This document shows positions 12,765-27,065 of a stretch of 64,000 nt of DNA, piece by piece. Every line of letters starts with the position of its first letter. Position 1 is the stretch's first letter. The notes beneath the pieces were generated by a model. The model did not search any database, was not told the DNA's origin, and worked only from the letters and a program-made list of their open reading frames with translations. The translations under genes and the position numbers were made by a program. Origin of the DNA: Octopus vulgaris. Its lineage: Eukaryota. The DNA lies in assembly GCA_951406725.2 (NCBI GenBank), contig OX597830.1, forward strand, positions 66,402,001 through 66,466,000. Reading direction: 5' to 3'.

Positions 12765-13254
12765 TTTAGCCTTTTAGCACTCAGATAATTTATTCAAATG
12801 TAATGCTTATTTATTCACATAATTTTGAATTTATCATTCATTATTCTGTAGCTTCAAGATTTCGATGTGAATGTTTATTTTTAGAATGATATTGTAGGAT
12901 AGGTGTGAGAGGTTAGATCTAGCCAGTTTGTACATAAAGAGACAAGTCCCTTAGCTCCTTGGGTGTCTTTGGGGTGCTGCAGTCATGCAGTGTATCTAGG
13001 GTGAGAAAGCTTGGTGGAGCTTATCCCTCTCCAAGCTAAACTCATTTCTATTGCTGAGTGGACTGGAGCAACATGAAGAGAAGTGATTTTTGCTCAAAAA
13101 TACAATGCATCGCCTGGTCCAGGAATCGAAATCACAATCTTACGATCGTGAGTCCAACACCCTAACCATTAAGCCACATGCCTCCACTTCTTCGTACATA
13201 AAAAAGATAAAATATATGGCCTGGATATGGCTGGTTTAAGTGCTATAGAGTTAG
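12765..13254. mobile_element. piggyBac-like MITE interrupted by a SINE-containing insert (~12939-13193)
   Basis: Ends ttagccttttagca ... tgctatagagttag are a degenerate TTAA-ccctttagca TIR. The insert is flanked by duplicated gtacataaa and carries a minus-strand tRNA head at ~13040-13187. Confidence 0.5.
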
Positions 13255-13619
13255 TCTATCATCAGCCAAATTATGTTGATTCCAGTTTCCTTTCATATTT
13301 GTTGGGTGTTTTCGAAGAAGTTGAAAGCAGAAGAGTGGTTTTAATTTACTTGTACCAAAAATAAACTTGTCTCATTTTCTTTCAACTAAAGTATATAACT
13401 GCTGTGCACAATGTTTAAAAAAAAAAAAGATGCCATTATTGGAAACTGTTACAGTACATGATAAGGAGTGTAACATGAAATTTGTTATATATTTCCAATC
13501 GTTAATTCCTCCACTGAGATCTCCTCCACTGTTCGTGTTAACATAGTTTATATGATAAACAGGAATTGAAGAAAGTATCATTTCTCATCTCTATACATCT
13601 GTAATCATGTGTTTATAGA

Positions 13620-13950
13620 GGTTGGCTTAGTCGTTATAGCGTCAGGCTCACAATCATGAGGTAGTGAGTTTGATTCTCTAACCGGGCTGTGTCTTGTGTT
13701 CTTGAGCAAGACACTTTATTTCCTGTTGCTCCTGTTCTCTCAATTGTAGAAATGAGATGCAACGTCACTGGTGCCAAGCTATATTGGCCCTTGCCTTTTC
13801 CTTGGATAACATCGGTGGCATGGAGAGAGGAAGCTGGTATGCATGGTGACTACTGGTCTTCCATAACCAGACTTGCTCAAAATTGTGCCTTGGAGGGTAA
13901 CTTTCTAGGTGCAATCCCATGGTCGTTCATAGCTGAAGGGAGTCTTTTAA
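13620..13950 (+). mobile_element. tRNA-derived CORE-type SINE (family D)
   Basis: tggcttagtcgttatagcg head and ttgtgttcttgagcaagacactttatttc CORE-like segment. Confidence 0.7.
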
Positions 13951-14034
13951 TACTCAAAGTTACAGATATATTGAGTGATGTAAAACAATGCAGAGGAAAT
14001 AATAAGTTATACAACCACATGTTTGGACCTAAAG

Positions 14035-14295
14035 CAGTGTATCTCAACCATTTTTTTTTACCTATGATCCCCTTTCATTCCTGTCTTACTAAGATGGACT
14101 CTTCTAGCCATTCAATGATAAAAAAATAATCTTATTGTATTTTTATAATTAAATATTATAAGGAATTGCATAAAAATAATTGTTAAAATATTTTGTGTAT
14201 TGTAGAAATATAACCAACTTATTGCGGATAAATTTTAACAACAAAATCTTAAGTGGACCCCTAAGGGCCATGTGGACCCCAGCTGAGAATCATTG
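14035..14295. mobile_element. hAT/Charlie-like MITE
   Basis: TIRs cagtgtatctcaac / gctgagaatcattg, with degenerate 8-bp TSD acctaaag / gcctagag. Confidence 0.7.
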
Positions 14296-15051
14296 GCCTA
14301 GAGTAAGTTTTTTACAATATGATTTTTTTTCATTTCATACTAAGCATGCAAGCATGCAATTCAATTCATTGTTGTGCCAAAGTATGGAATCTTCTGATGT
14401 GTATATATGTGTATATATGTTATACTAAGAACTTTCATGTAGCTAAGTTAAGCCAACATAATACTCGATTTCTTCATAAAATTTGACTCTGCTTTTGAGT
14501 GCGTGGTATTATTCTGAATTTATTTATCGAGCGAGTAAATAGTAGTAGACAAATAAAGGATACAAAAGAAAATTATATGTTAGACATCAGAAAAATTACA
14601 CAAATTGGGAATCAAATGTAAATATTATTCAGTGACTTGCGGAAAACTGCTCAGAGGGCGGTGCTTTAGCAAGTATTTTTATAATAGGAGAATAAAGCAA
14701 AAAAATAACTAGAACAGTATATTGATGGTTTCCTAGCTTCTGCAACTAAGGTCACTAGACGGTCTGTGATATGAGTTTTTCTGAACAAAATGTATAAAAT
14801 GCCATTATTGGTTCTGGTCAAAGAGAAAGCATTTGTCTGGAATAAAAGAAGGGTACAGGCAGCATTTTGAAGTGTGCTATGCCATTCTGTGTGGCTCTTT
14901 ATCTGTTTTTTTTATTTTGGTTGCAGATGATGGGGTTTGGCGATGCAAATGTGAAAAATAGAAATTAGAATGTATGCCAATTATATATATATATGTACAT
15001 ATATATATATACATACATACATAAATATGTGTGTATATATATATGTGTGTG

Positions 15052-15085
<34 letters not shown>

Positions 15086-15228
15086 TGTACAGAAAGAGAG
15101 GGATTATGAAGGAAAGAGAATTTATTGAAAAACTGTCATACTCATTGTCAAAACCAATGGAGGTCTATGTACTTTATATGAACACATGTTGATCCTTGAA
15201 TGTATATATACATTTATGTATGTGTTCT

Positions 15229-15307
<79 letters not shown>

Positions 15308-15449
15308 TACATGTACCTACTCGTATACACACATATACGTATATATGTACGCACAGTACATGTGTATTTGCATTGATGTGCTTACAGGTATGTGTTTGCT
15401 TAAATTACATACATATATGATTTATATATTTGTATATATGCTTACATAC

Positions 15450-15480
<31 letters not shown>

Positions 15481-15762
15481 CACATATAAAGACCTCTGTA
15501 TGTTTATATACAAATATATACAGATGTAAAAAGTGCATACAGATTTATATATATATATGTATACGTGTATATACATACATGCTTACTTGCATACATACAT
15601 ACATACATACATACATACATACATACATACATACATACATACATACATACATGTGTATAGATACATCCACAGAAAATGAATCTCTATTATGTATTGTCTA
15701 TATGTATATAGACATGCATGTGAGTGGTATGTGCTGTCTTGCTGTTTGTCCACACAGACATG

Positions 15763-15794
<32 letters not shown>

Positions 15795-15850
15795 TGTATG
15801 TATGTATGTATGTATGTATGTATGTATGTATGTATGTATGTATGTATGTA

Positions 15851-15889
<39 letters not shown>

Positions 15890-15926
15890 TATATGTGTGT
15901 ATATTATATATATATATACATACATG

Positions 15927-16037
<111 letters not shown>

Positions 16038-16124
16038 ATATGCAGACAGATGTCTGTGCAGTTTATCATGTTTTGTAAATTAGCAACTTAACTTATGGAA
16101 CATCATGTGTATTTGTTTAACTCC

Positions 16125-16165
<41 letters not shown>

Positions 16166-16334
16166 TGTGTGTGTGTGTTATTTGTGTTAGTATCTAAATT
16201 TGAGCTGATGTATATGCATATTCCTTATTCCTGTGTGTGTACACATTTGTCGGTGATTGTGACTGCGCGTGTATTGTGATTATATAAACTACGTAAAGAT
16301 TGTATGCATTTATGCATGCATGTATGTATGTATG

Positions 16335-16368
<34 letters not shown>

Positions 16369-16801
16369 TGTATGTATGTATATATGTTTGTATGTATGTA
16401 TGTGTGTGTATGTATGTGTACTATTAGTTTTGCTCCATCATTCTTATACTCATTTGTATAGTATACAAAGAATTTTTTTTCCCCCTTTATAGGAACATCC
16501 ATTTAAAATGAATATTGACTTCTTTTCTGAGAATCGCAAATTGGATGCATGTAATTTGAGTCTTATTTTTCTCTCACAACTTTTAGTATTCAACAAAACA
16601 CATCAGCTTTTTAGCTCTTTTTGTCCTTCTTCATCGTTTACGCTATTTTCTCTACATTAACAATAAAATTGTTTCATTTTTATATTGAAAGTTTAATGTT
16701 TTTTTTTTTTTATCTATTTTGTCTAACCACTACACCCTCACCCCGTCCCCTTCTTGCCCTGTCCTTTGTTTTACCTATTATTATCTATAAATGCCAGCTT
16801 G

Positions 16802-16960
<159 letters not shown>

Positions 16961-17464
16961 TTGTGTCTGCGTTTGTCCCCCTAGCATTGCTTGACAACCG
17001 ATGCTGGTGTGTTTACGTCCCCGTCACTTAGCGGTTCAGCAAAAGAGACCGATAGAATAAGTACTGGCCTTACAAAGAATAAGTCCCAGGGTCGATTTGT
17101 TCGACTAAAGGCGGTGCTCCAGCATGGCCGCAGTCAAATGACTGAAACAAGTAAAAGAGTAAAAGAGTATATATATGTATCTATATACATACAGACAGAC
17201 ACACATGTGTGTATGTGTGTGTATGTGATTGTATATAATTATCTATGTGTCCGGCTGTCTGTCTTCCTACCTAATCTTCTTCCCTCCTCTCCTTCTCCAC
17301 TCCTTTCCTTCTCCCCTCCTCGCTTCCCTTCCACCAACCCTCCTCCTCCTCTTCCTCCACCCTCCTCATCAATGTCATCATCGTTCTCATATTTACTCTT
17401 TACTCTTTTCCCTTGGCAGATGCTTTTCAAAGTAAAAATTAGGCAGTATGTAGCTTGTTATTCT

Positions 17465-17750
17465 CTTTAAGTGAAATACACCGAAAAATGGCGACACAGC
17501 AGTAAAAAAATCGTAAAAAATAGGGATTTTCATAGAAAAAAAAGCACCTGTTTGATGTAAATAATTTTTGGTCTTAACACGGTCTGATTTGAATTTTTTC
17601 TTCTACGGAAGGAAGAGCAAGCCTTCTTCTATCATACTCTCAATTTTGGTCGACTTGTGCCGCAGGGTCTCGGAGGAGACAATGTTAGTTGAAAGCTACC
17701 AAACCTGCCATACACAGACAACTTCAGCTCTCTCTCTCTCTATATATAGC
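17465..17750 (-). mobile_element. Possible non-autonomous Helitron 5' fragment
   Basis: Minus strand begins ctatatata...gctgaagttgtctgtgt, resembling the 5' end of the Helitron at 30156-30549. No CTAG end was found. Confidence 0.35.
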
Positions 17751-17759
17751 GGCCTTAAT

Positions 17760-17937
17760 AAAAGCACCCACTACACTCAGGGAGTGGTTGGCATTAGGAA
17801 GGGCATCCAGCTGTAGAAACTCTGCCAGATCAAGATTGGAGCCTGGTGCAGCCATCTGGTTCGCCAGTCCTCACTCAAATCATTCAACCCATGCTAGCAT
17901 GGAAAGTGGACGTTAAACGATGATGATGATGATGATG
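17760..17937 (+). mobile_element. Meta-like SINE 3' fragment
   Basis: ggcattaggaagggcatccagctgtagaaac...ggacgttaaacgatgatgat. Confidence 0.75.
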
Positions 17938-18085
17938 TTGACTTTGCCTTTCATCCTTTCGCCATCAATAGATTAAGTACCAGCGAAACACTTGTGTCAA
18001 TTTAATCAACTAGTTCCCTCCCCACAAGTTTCAATCCTTGTGCCTTTAGTAGAAAGGATTATTACTATTGTTGTTATTATTATTA

Positions 18086-18138
<53 letters not shown>

Positions 18139-18139
18139 G

Positions 18140-18892
18140 TTTTTTTTTCCTTCTTTCTTCAAATTTTCTTCCATTTCTCGCCGAGTGTTTTCCATACACC
18201 TAGGGCAGAGAAGCTCATTGTATGCATTCCCACATTACACACACAAATTCACAGGTAAAATATGTATTTAAAAAAATTAGTATGTAAATAAATTCATGAA
18301 TGGATCTTGTTTTCACAGTGAAAATGCTCTTCTCAGTACATGAGTTGTTCCAGTTATCAGCCTGGTATCATTTTCAAATAGGTTTCAGTACCTTTTTTTT
18401 TTTTATCATTCCTAGAGATTCTACAATCACAGCTACTGAAGTTGCCTTGAGATGTCACATTTTTTCAATTTCTAGTATCAAGTCTTTATATTTACTGATC
18501 TTGTCAAATTCTTTTGCTGCTATATTGTGATCGCACGGAATACTCATGTCAATTAATAAGCACACCTTTTTTGTCTGATCTTTTATAATAGCATCTTGTT
18601 TATTAACTTTTATAGTTTTGTTGGTATGTATGGAGAAGTCCCAGAGAATCGACACATTTTCTCCTTCAGTCACAGCTTCAGGATGGTATTTATACCATTT
18701 GTCAGCGGTTTTGATTTGATAATGCTGACATATTTTCCACTGTAAATACTGGCTGACTCTGTCATGTCTTGCTTTATATTCTACAGGTGCTAAGACTCTA
18801 CACTCTGAGATTAGGTGGTCTATAGTTTCAATCTCATTGTTACGGAATCAGCATTTTGGGTCAGCTCCATTTTTTACCACATTGGCTTTGTA

Positions 18893-18893
<1 letters not shown>
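18140..18893 (-). mobile_element. 5'-truncated R4/Dong-like non-LTR retrotransposon (CCHC knuckle + restriction-like endonuclease) in (TAA)n
   Basis: Minus strand: KC*FRNNEIETIDHLISEC..EYKARHDRV..ILWDFSIHTNKTIKVNKQDAIIKD..CLLIDMSIP..KISKYKDL. (ATT)n flanks both sides (18061-18138, 18893-18941). Confidence 0.85.
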
Positions 18894-18943
<50 letters not shown>

Positions 18944-20557
18944 GAGTGAGAGAGCAGCGTATGCCATCAAAGTGACACTGGGGTACAAATATATGAAGCC
19001 CAGTATATCTGTCATGACTATCTGTCTGATCAGGGTACACCAGGTACATGCATCACAACCATATTTGTGAAAAACATGGTGATTTCATATCAAGATAAAC
19101 AGTGCAGGACTTTGCAGGTGGGACCCAGTTAGAATTTTCTTCTAGTCAAGTCATCCATCCTGCACAAAAGGTCACTGAATAAGGGTTGTTTAAGGATGTT
19201 GAAAAAACCACCCATGTTTCCAGAGGTGAATTATTCAAACCCCAAAGAATTCCTCTCAACACATGGCTATGATGCTCCCCCACTACTCCTGCTCTTGATC
19301 TGAGATGCACATATCATCAGTCACTAAGGGACATGCTCAACTGGTTAAGGTGAAGCAACTGACAAACAAACCTGGTATCGTGCAGAATATTGTTATTGCT
19401 GTTGTTGTCGTTGCTGCCACTGCCACTGCTGCTGCTGCTGCTGCTGTTGTTGTTAATATAATATCTGGAGCTGAAGGAATATTTTCAAACTAGTTGTATA
19501 ATGGAATCAAAATTATCAATGCTTGGATTTAATGATAAAATGTTTCTTTGGATTATATTGCTGTTAGAAGATTTTGGAGCAGTTTCAGTGTCCATTTCAT
19601 TTTTCTTCAGGGTGGAAAAATGAAGTTTGTATTCAGACATTTTACATTATTATATTTCATAGCATTTCTACTAACTTATAATTCAACATGGCTTCTTGTG
19701 TTGTGGTAGTGGGAAGAGTTGCTCACTACAATGGAGGTAGCATTCACATGAAATTAATATGTTTTCCAGCTAAAAATTTGTAAAAAATAAAAATGAAATA
19801 TCAGCACAAATTAAAAAAAAAGGAAGACAATGACCCCCCCGAAACAAGCAAGAAATGAATACAAACATCATCAAATAAACAAACACACACACAGAAAAAA
19901 AAATTGTAAAAAAAAAATGAAATGGACACTTGCAACAAAAATGGTTAACAACAACATCAACACTCACAGAAATTTTGATAAACAAAAATAGTTTTATATT
20001 TTTTTGTTTTTGTTAGAAATCTAAGTAGAGAACCTTCTTCATTTTATGTGAGTTTGACTTGTAACAGACAGATACAACTTATGGAGAATGTGGCTTGAGT
20101 AAAAGACAGCATGGTAACACTATATTACAGAAACAAGAACGTTTTTGCTTGAAACTATCACACGAGTTCCAGAAGATTTATTTGTGCATTACCACAGCTA
20201 GAAGAGCTCGAGCCTTTGAAGAAACAGTTGGAAATAGTTCTGGTTGATGTGTGAAATGAGATCTCTTGTATTTGGTGCAGAAATTCATATAGGATATGGA
20301 ACGATATCACTTTGCTTTTTAAAATGAAGAACCAGGGTAGGATATAAACTGAGTTAGCACATTATACACCTGTCATAGAGTAATTACATATATGGGGGCA
20401 ATGAAGGGTATGAAGAAAAGGTTTTAAAACTGGTGGTACATTGCAGAAAGTTCAATCTTCTACTCACGTAAAGGCAAAGCCCATTTAAGGGCCTTTCTAT
20501 CAAAAAGAGCTACAGAAACTGAAAATCTTAAAAAAAAAAAGTTAATGTAAAGTGCAT

Positions 20558-20968
20558 AGGTGCAGGAGTGGCTGTGTGGTAAGTAGCTTGTTTACCAGCC
20601 ACATAGTTTCGGGTTCAGTCCCACTGTGTGGCACCTTGGGCAAGTGTCTTCTACTATAGCCTCGGGCCGACCAAAGCCTTTTGAGTGGATTTGGTAGACG
20701 GAAACTGAAAGAAGCCCGTCGTATATAGGTATATATATATATGCATGTGTGTGTTTGTGTGAGTGTGTTTGTCCCCCTAGCATTGCTTGACAACCGATGC
20801 TGGCGTGTTTATGTCCCCGTCACTTAGCAGTTCGGCAAAAGAGACCAATAGAATAAGTACTGGGCTTACAAAAGAATAAGTCCCGGGGTTGAGTTGCTCG
20901 ATTAAAGGCGGTGCTCCAGCATGGCCGCAGTCAAATGACTGAAACAAGTAAAAGAGTAAAGAGTAAAG
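20558..20968 (+). mobile_element. SINE family A
   Basis: Matches the family consensus. Confidence 0.85.
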
Positions 20969-21149
20969 TGCATAACTAGTAACAACAAATTACGGGATTA
21001 CACTTTTCCCAAGGTGCCACCTGTCACAGCTTTGGAAACAATTACCTGGTTCTTGGTTCTAAGAGCTGAGCAGGTGGATTCTATGGGGTCACCTTCCACT
21101 AGCCATTATCTGCAGTGCCACCCTATCACCTTGCAGTAATGAAACTGTA

Positions 21150-21695
21150 ATCACAACAACCTCCACCACTACTACAACCACAACAACCTCCACCACTACT
21201 ACAACCACAACAACCTCCACCACTACTACAACCACAACAACCTCCACCACTACTACAACCACAACGACCTCCACCACTACTACAACCACAACAACCTCCA
21301 CCACTACTACAACCACAACAGCCACCATTATCACTGTCACCACTACTACAACCAGAACAACCTCCACCACTACTACAACCACAACAACCTCCACCACTAC
21401 TACAACCACAACAGCCACCATTATCACTGTCACCACTACTACAACCAGAACAACCTCCACCACTACTACAACCACAACAACCTCCACCACTACTACAACC
21501 ACAACAGCCACCATTATCACTGTCACCACTACTACCACCACCACCACCACCACCACCACAACAACAACAACAACCACAGTATCAAGCAAGGTCATCACTA
21601 CAATCGCAACAACCACAACTATCGCCATCACCACGACAACAACAATGACGACTACCACCACCACCACCACCACCACAACAACAACAACAATAACT
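21150..21695. repeat. 27-bp minisatellite with 93-bp higher-order repeat (ACN-rich)
   Basis: Unit caacaacctccaccactactacaacca. gccaccattatcactgtc recurs at 21321, 21414 and 21507. Confidence 0.9.
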
Positions 21696-22023
21696 TCTGC
21701 TAGAGGCAGTGAAATTTTTCAAGTGTCACTATTGATCCTTAAAGAGGAAACCGTTGAGCAAATATTGTAATCTCTGAGGACAGGAAAAACAGCTACAACA
21801 ACAACAATAACAACAGCAACAATAACAGCAACAACAACAACAGCAACAAGAGCTGCAAAGACACAGAAAGGAGGAAATGGTTTTGTTAGTTTTTGTTGAA
21901 TGGATGATAAACCAAAAAACAAACAAAAAAAACGGTACAGTTTTTGAGCAGAGATAAAAGTTATTTTAAGTTGAATGTGGACTTTAAAATAAGTTGAACT
22001 CCCTGATAAAGCACTTATCTTAT

Positions 22024-22615
22024 CTCCCCCCCCCTCCTCCTCATTTTCCTCTTCTCCTCCTCCCCTTCTTCTTCTCCTTCTTCTTCTTCTTCTTCTTCTT
22101 CTTCTCCTCCTCCTCCTCTTCTTCTTCTTCTCCTTCTCCTTCTTCTTCTTCTTCTTCTTCTTCTTCTTCTCCTCCTCCTTCTTCTTCTTCTCCTCCTCCT
22201 CCTCCTCCTCCCCCTAACCTCCTCCTCCTCTCCTCCTCCTCCTTCTTCTTCTTCTTCTTCTTCTTCTTCTTCTTCTTCTCCTCCTCCTCTCCTCCTTCTT
22301 CTTCTTCTTCTTCTTCTTCTTCTTCTCCTCCTGCTCCTGCTCCTCCTTCTTCTTCTTCTTCTTCTTCTTCTTCTTCTTCTCCTTCTTCTTCTTCTCCTGC
22401 TCCTGCTCCTCCTTCTTCTTCTTCTTCTTCTCCTTCTTCTTCTTCATCTTCTTCATCTTCTTCTTCTTCTTCTTCTCCTCCTCCTCCTTCTCCCCCTCCT
22501 CCTCCTCCTCCTCCTCCTCCTTCTTCTTCTTATCTTCTTTTTCTTCTTTTTCTTCTTCTTCTTCTTCTTCTTCTTCTTCTTCTTCTTCTTCTTCTTCTTC
22601 TTCTTCTTCTTCTTC
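22024..22615. repeat. (CTT/CCT)n polypyrimidine tract
   Basis: About 590 bp of almost pure pyrimidine on the + strand. Confidence 0.95.
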
Positions 22616-22784
22616 AATTTAGGATATCATGAAACAAAGTGAAAGAGAAAGAACAAAAAAATTTCTGGCTTTTTTTCCTTCTTTTTGTATTTTTACAGGA
22701 AAAAAAACCCCCCAAAAATTCTGTTGAATCCATTGCCAGTATGAAAATACTGTAGTGGTGTTGGTGGTGGTACTACTACTACTG

Positions 22785-22854
<70 letters not shown>

Positions 22855-23257
22855 CACCACCACCATTACTTCCAATTCACCTTCTTTTCCATTTCTTTCA
22901 ATTCTTCCATTTCCTCCTCCTCTCCTCCTCTGCCTCCGCCTCCTCCACGAGGTCCCTAGTTGAGCAGGTATATTCCCTGAAGTGCATTCCTGTCATGACC
23001 ATCTCCCCCCCACTACCTTTACACATCAACATTTTTTTTTATTTTAGTTTTAAAAATAAATTATCGACTCCGTTAAGCATTGAACTAATGAAAAAGTATA
23101 ATCATGCTCTTTTCATTAAACTTAATTAATTGTCTACACTTGTTTATAAATGTCCAGTGTGTTTAATTCAGTTTAATTACACTATGCAAGGTCAGCTAAA
23201 TAAATTTAAAAAAGTAAATAAATTCATTCTAAAAGTGCATCACAGTTCATTTAATTT

Positions 23258-23424
23258 AAGGCGCAGGAGTGGCTGTGTGGTAAGTAGCTTGTTTACCAAC
23301 CACATGGTTCCGGGTTCAGTCCCGCTGCGTGGCATCTTGGGCAAGTGTCTTCTGCTATAGCCCCGGGCCGACCAAAGCCTTGTGAGTGGATTTGGTAGAC
23401 AGAAACTGAAAGAAGCCTGTCGTA

Positions 23425-23455
<31 letters not shown>

Positions 23456-23680
23456 GTGTGTGTGTTTGTGTGTCTGTGTTTGTCCCCCTAGCATTGCTTG
23501 ACAACCAATGCTGGTGTGTTTACGTCCCTGTCACTTAGCGGTTCGGCAAAAGCGACCGATAGAATAAGTATTGGGCTTACAAAGAATAAGTCCCGGGGTC
23601 GATTTGCTCAACTAAAGGCGGTGCTCCAGCATGGCCGCAGTCAAATGACTGAAACAAGTAAAAGAGTAAAGAGTAAAGAG
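23258..23680 (+). mobile_element. SINE family A
   Basis: Matches the family consensus. Confidence 0.85.
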
Positions 23681-23900
23681 AGGATGAAATTTGAAGGAGA
23701 TTTAACTGCTATTTCTAGTAGGTCGAGTGATCACATATAGGCTCCTTCCTTGACTGGCACTGTGTGTGTTATCACTTTTCATTTTGCCATCATCATCATC
23801 ATCATCATCATCATTATCATCATCATCATCATCATCACCATCATCATCATCAACGTTATCATTGTGGTTGTGGTGATAAGTCATGATGAAGAGAAATAAA

Positions 23901-23938
<38 letters not shown>

Positions 23939-24213
23939 CGATGATGACCAGGGCCGGCAGGGGCTGGGGGATACTGCTGTTGCTGTTGCTGTTGCTGTTG
24001 CTGATGGTGATGATGGTGATGATGGTGGTGGTGGTCATGATGGTGTTCAAGTGTTTATGTTGTTAGATGTTATCACATACAATGTTTTATTGCTGTTTAA
24101 TGTAGTCAGCGAGGCACCTTTAACATATTAAACTACCATTATTATCTGTAAGTAATTTAATCAATGTCAGACTTTCACAGAGAGAGAGAGAGAGAGAGAG
24201 AGCGTGGTATATA

Positions 24214-24267
<54 letters not shown>

Positions 24268-25702
24268 ATATGTAAATATGTGTATATATGTACATATATA
24301 TATATGTGTGTATATATATGTATATATATGTGTGTATATATATATATGTGTGTGTATGTTGGACCGTCCAACCCATGCTGGCATGGAAAACGGACGTTAA
24401 ACGGTGATGATGATGATGATGATATATATGATGATGATGATGATATATATATGTATGTATATGTATATAATATATTTATATATGATGATGATGATGATGA
24501 TATATATATGTATGTATATGTATATAATATATATATATATGTATATATGCATGTATATGTATATATGTATATATGTATATGTATATATGTATGTATATGT
24601 ATATATGTATATGTATTTGTATGTATGTGTATGTATGTATACACACACACACACACACACACGTATATATTTACTAGTAGATTACAAGTAACTATAGAAC
24701 TACTGTTTGCATAAGTTATCAATTGTCATGTTGCAAAGAGTACTGAAGACTATTATTATAGTCAGTTAAACACTATCAGAATAGTCTTCACTACTATCAT
24801 TATTTTCAATAGTCAACTTATTGTTGTCGCTGTGGGTGGCGTCGAATGTTGTTTTAATGTCAAATTTTCCTTGCTGGTATGGGTCTGCCAGGAATCGTTG
24901 AGGCAGATTTACCTGTGACCTGCTGTTCTTTCTGATCAGGTGGTGCCAAGCCTCATTTGATTCCAAGCAAAAGTGATGTTCCTCTGTGGCTGGGCTTTGT
25001 TTTTGTGGCAGATTGGAAATGAAAGGCACTATTTCTATGATGGTGACGCTCATTTGCAACTGTTATGCGATGTTAAGCCAAGGGGACACACACACACACA
25101 CACACACCACATGGACACGTGTGCGCACATACACACACTCTCACATGCAAGCACACACACACACACACACACAACACATACACAAACAAAAACACCAAAC
25201 ACACACTCATATATACATATGCATACTTATTCACGCAGACACATGCACATACACATGCTCTCATATACAGACACACACACACATATGCACAAACATAACA
25301 CACACACATACATACACACATAGCACACACACCCATACATATATATGCATACACTGAGATGTGATATTAAGGCAAGGAGACACACACGCACACACTTGCA
25401 TACACATACACATACACATACACAAACACCAAGCACACACATATACAAATGAATACACTGACACATGCACACTCAATCACTCACATACACACACACATAT
25501 AAAACACGCCTCTTTCAGTTTACCAGATCCACTCATAAGGCTTTGATATCAGCCTTGGGCTATAGAAGCTGTAGTAGACTCTTGTCCAAGTTGTCACACA
25601 GTGGGACTGAACCCAGAACCATGTGGTTGGGAATAAAATTTGTTATAATTTTTTCCCTGCCTTTTATCTTTTCCTTTTTACATGTTTGTCATTAGACTAT
25701 GG

Positions 25703-26550
25703 CAGGGGTGGGGAAATCCCCGCCCGAGGGCACAATTGCGCTTGCGAGCACATTTTATTGCGCCCATAGGCACATGTACAAAATATAAATTTTTCAATTA
25801 TAAAATTTATACAATATTCATAGGCTTATTTGGGATATAGGTTGTGCTTCCACCACGACTTAAAATGGTTAGACTCGAATGGAAAATCATCCGGTAATTA
25901 CCATTTGGATGGAAATTTTGCTTTCACTATAAAACACATATTACTAGGTTTGTACCACCCCCTTGAGACCCAACTACACTCTAGCTGAAAAATATAGAAC
26001 ACCTCATACATAATATAAACATCTTAAATTCAGTGGCGGCATTAATGAAGATGTAACGTGTTAATTTAATGTGTTAAACTTATCTTTATTAATGTATATC
26101 GAAGAATTATACATAGATATTTTTTCTTTTTAAGTTCCAGCTCAGAGCTGCGGCCATGCTGATGCAACGCCATTAATAAATGCACCCTTTTAAAGCCTAG
26201 CCAGGCTCATGGGCCCAGTTTCCCGGTTTCAATGGCGTATGTGTTCCCCAGCTGGACGGGACACCAGTCCATCGCAGCGTTACTCATTTTTGCCAGCTGA
26301 GTGGACTGGAGCAACGTGAAATGAAGTGTTTTGCTCAAGAACACAACGTGTTGCCCGGTCCAGGAATCGAAACCACAATCTTACGATCATGATTCTGACA
26401 TTCTAACAACTAAGCCACGCACCTCAACATATACATATATAGATATATACAAAATTTACACAGATATAAGAGTTAGAATTTGTGATCTGCCCACGGACCA
26501 TTTTCTTTGGAAATTTTTGCCTGCCACACTAAAAAGTTTCCCCACCCCTG
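25703..26550. mobile_element. hAT-type non-autonomous element with a nested SINE (~26130-26425, minus strand)
   Basis: TIRs caggggtggggaaa / tttccccacccctg, TSD gactatgg / gactatga. It sits inside a SINE-A-like 3' tail. Confidence 0.8.
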
Positions 26551-27065
26551 GACTATGAAGAACCAGGGTAGGATATAAGCTGAGCTTGCTGGGGCACTAC
26601 CTTGAAGAATTTTAGTTGAACAAATTGACCATAGTACTTGATATTTTTTGTAAAGCTTGGTGAAGGTGAGTTGCTTAGTGGTTATGAGTATTCAGCTTGC
26701 AAACATAAGGTCATGAGTTCAATCCCCAGGGGTGTGTAGTGTCCTTGAGCAAGATGCTGTATATTTCACATTGATAGCATACTTGATAGTGTACTGGTTA
26801 TCCAGTATGTTATCAGCGTGGTTGTGGTGGTACACGGCTTAATGGTTAGGGTATTTTGCTCATGCTGCTATGGTCATTGGTTCTGTTCCTAGACCAGTTG
26901 GCACTTGTCCTTGAACAAGGCATTCCAAGTCAAGTTGCTTCAGGCTACTTGGCTGTGATGAGAAGCAATTGGGATATTGGTCTAATCCTTTTCCATCAAG
27001 CTATTACATCCTGATGTTCCATTTAGTCTGGGATGAAGTGCCTGGCGTCGAGCTGGCGGAAAAAA

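Noticed and set aside
24743-24790. CTGAAGA followed by a hairpin as a hammerhead
   Set aside because: There is no correctly placed GAAA box or stem I. Only an 11-bp inverted repeat is present.
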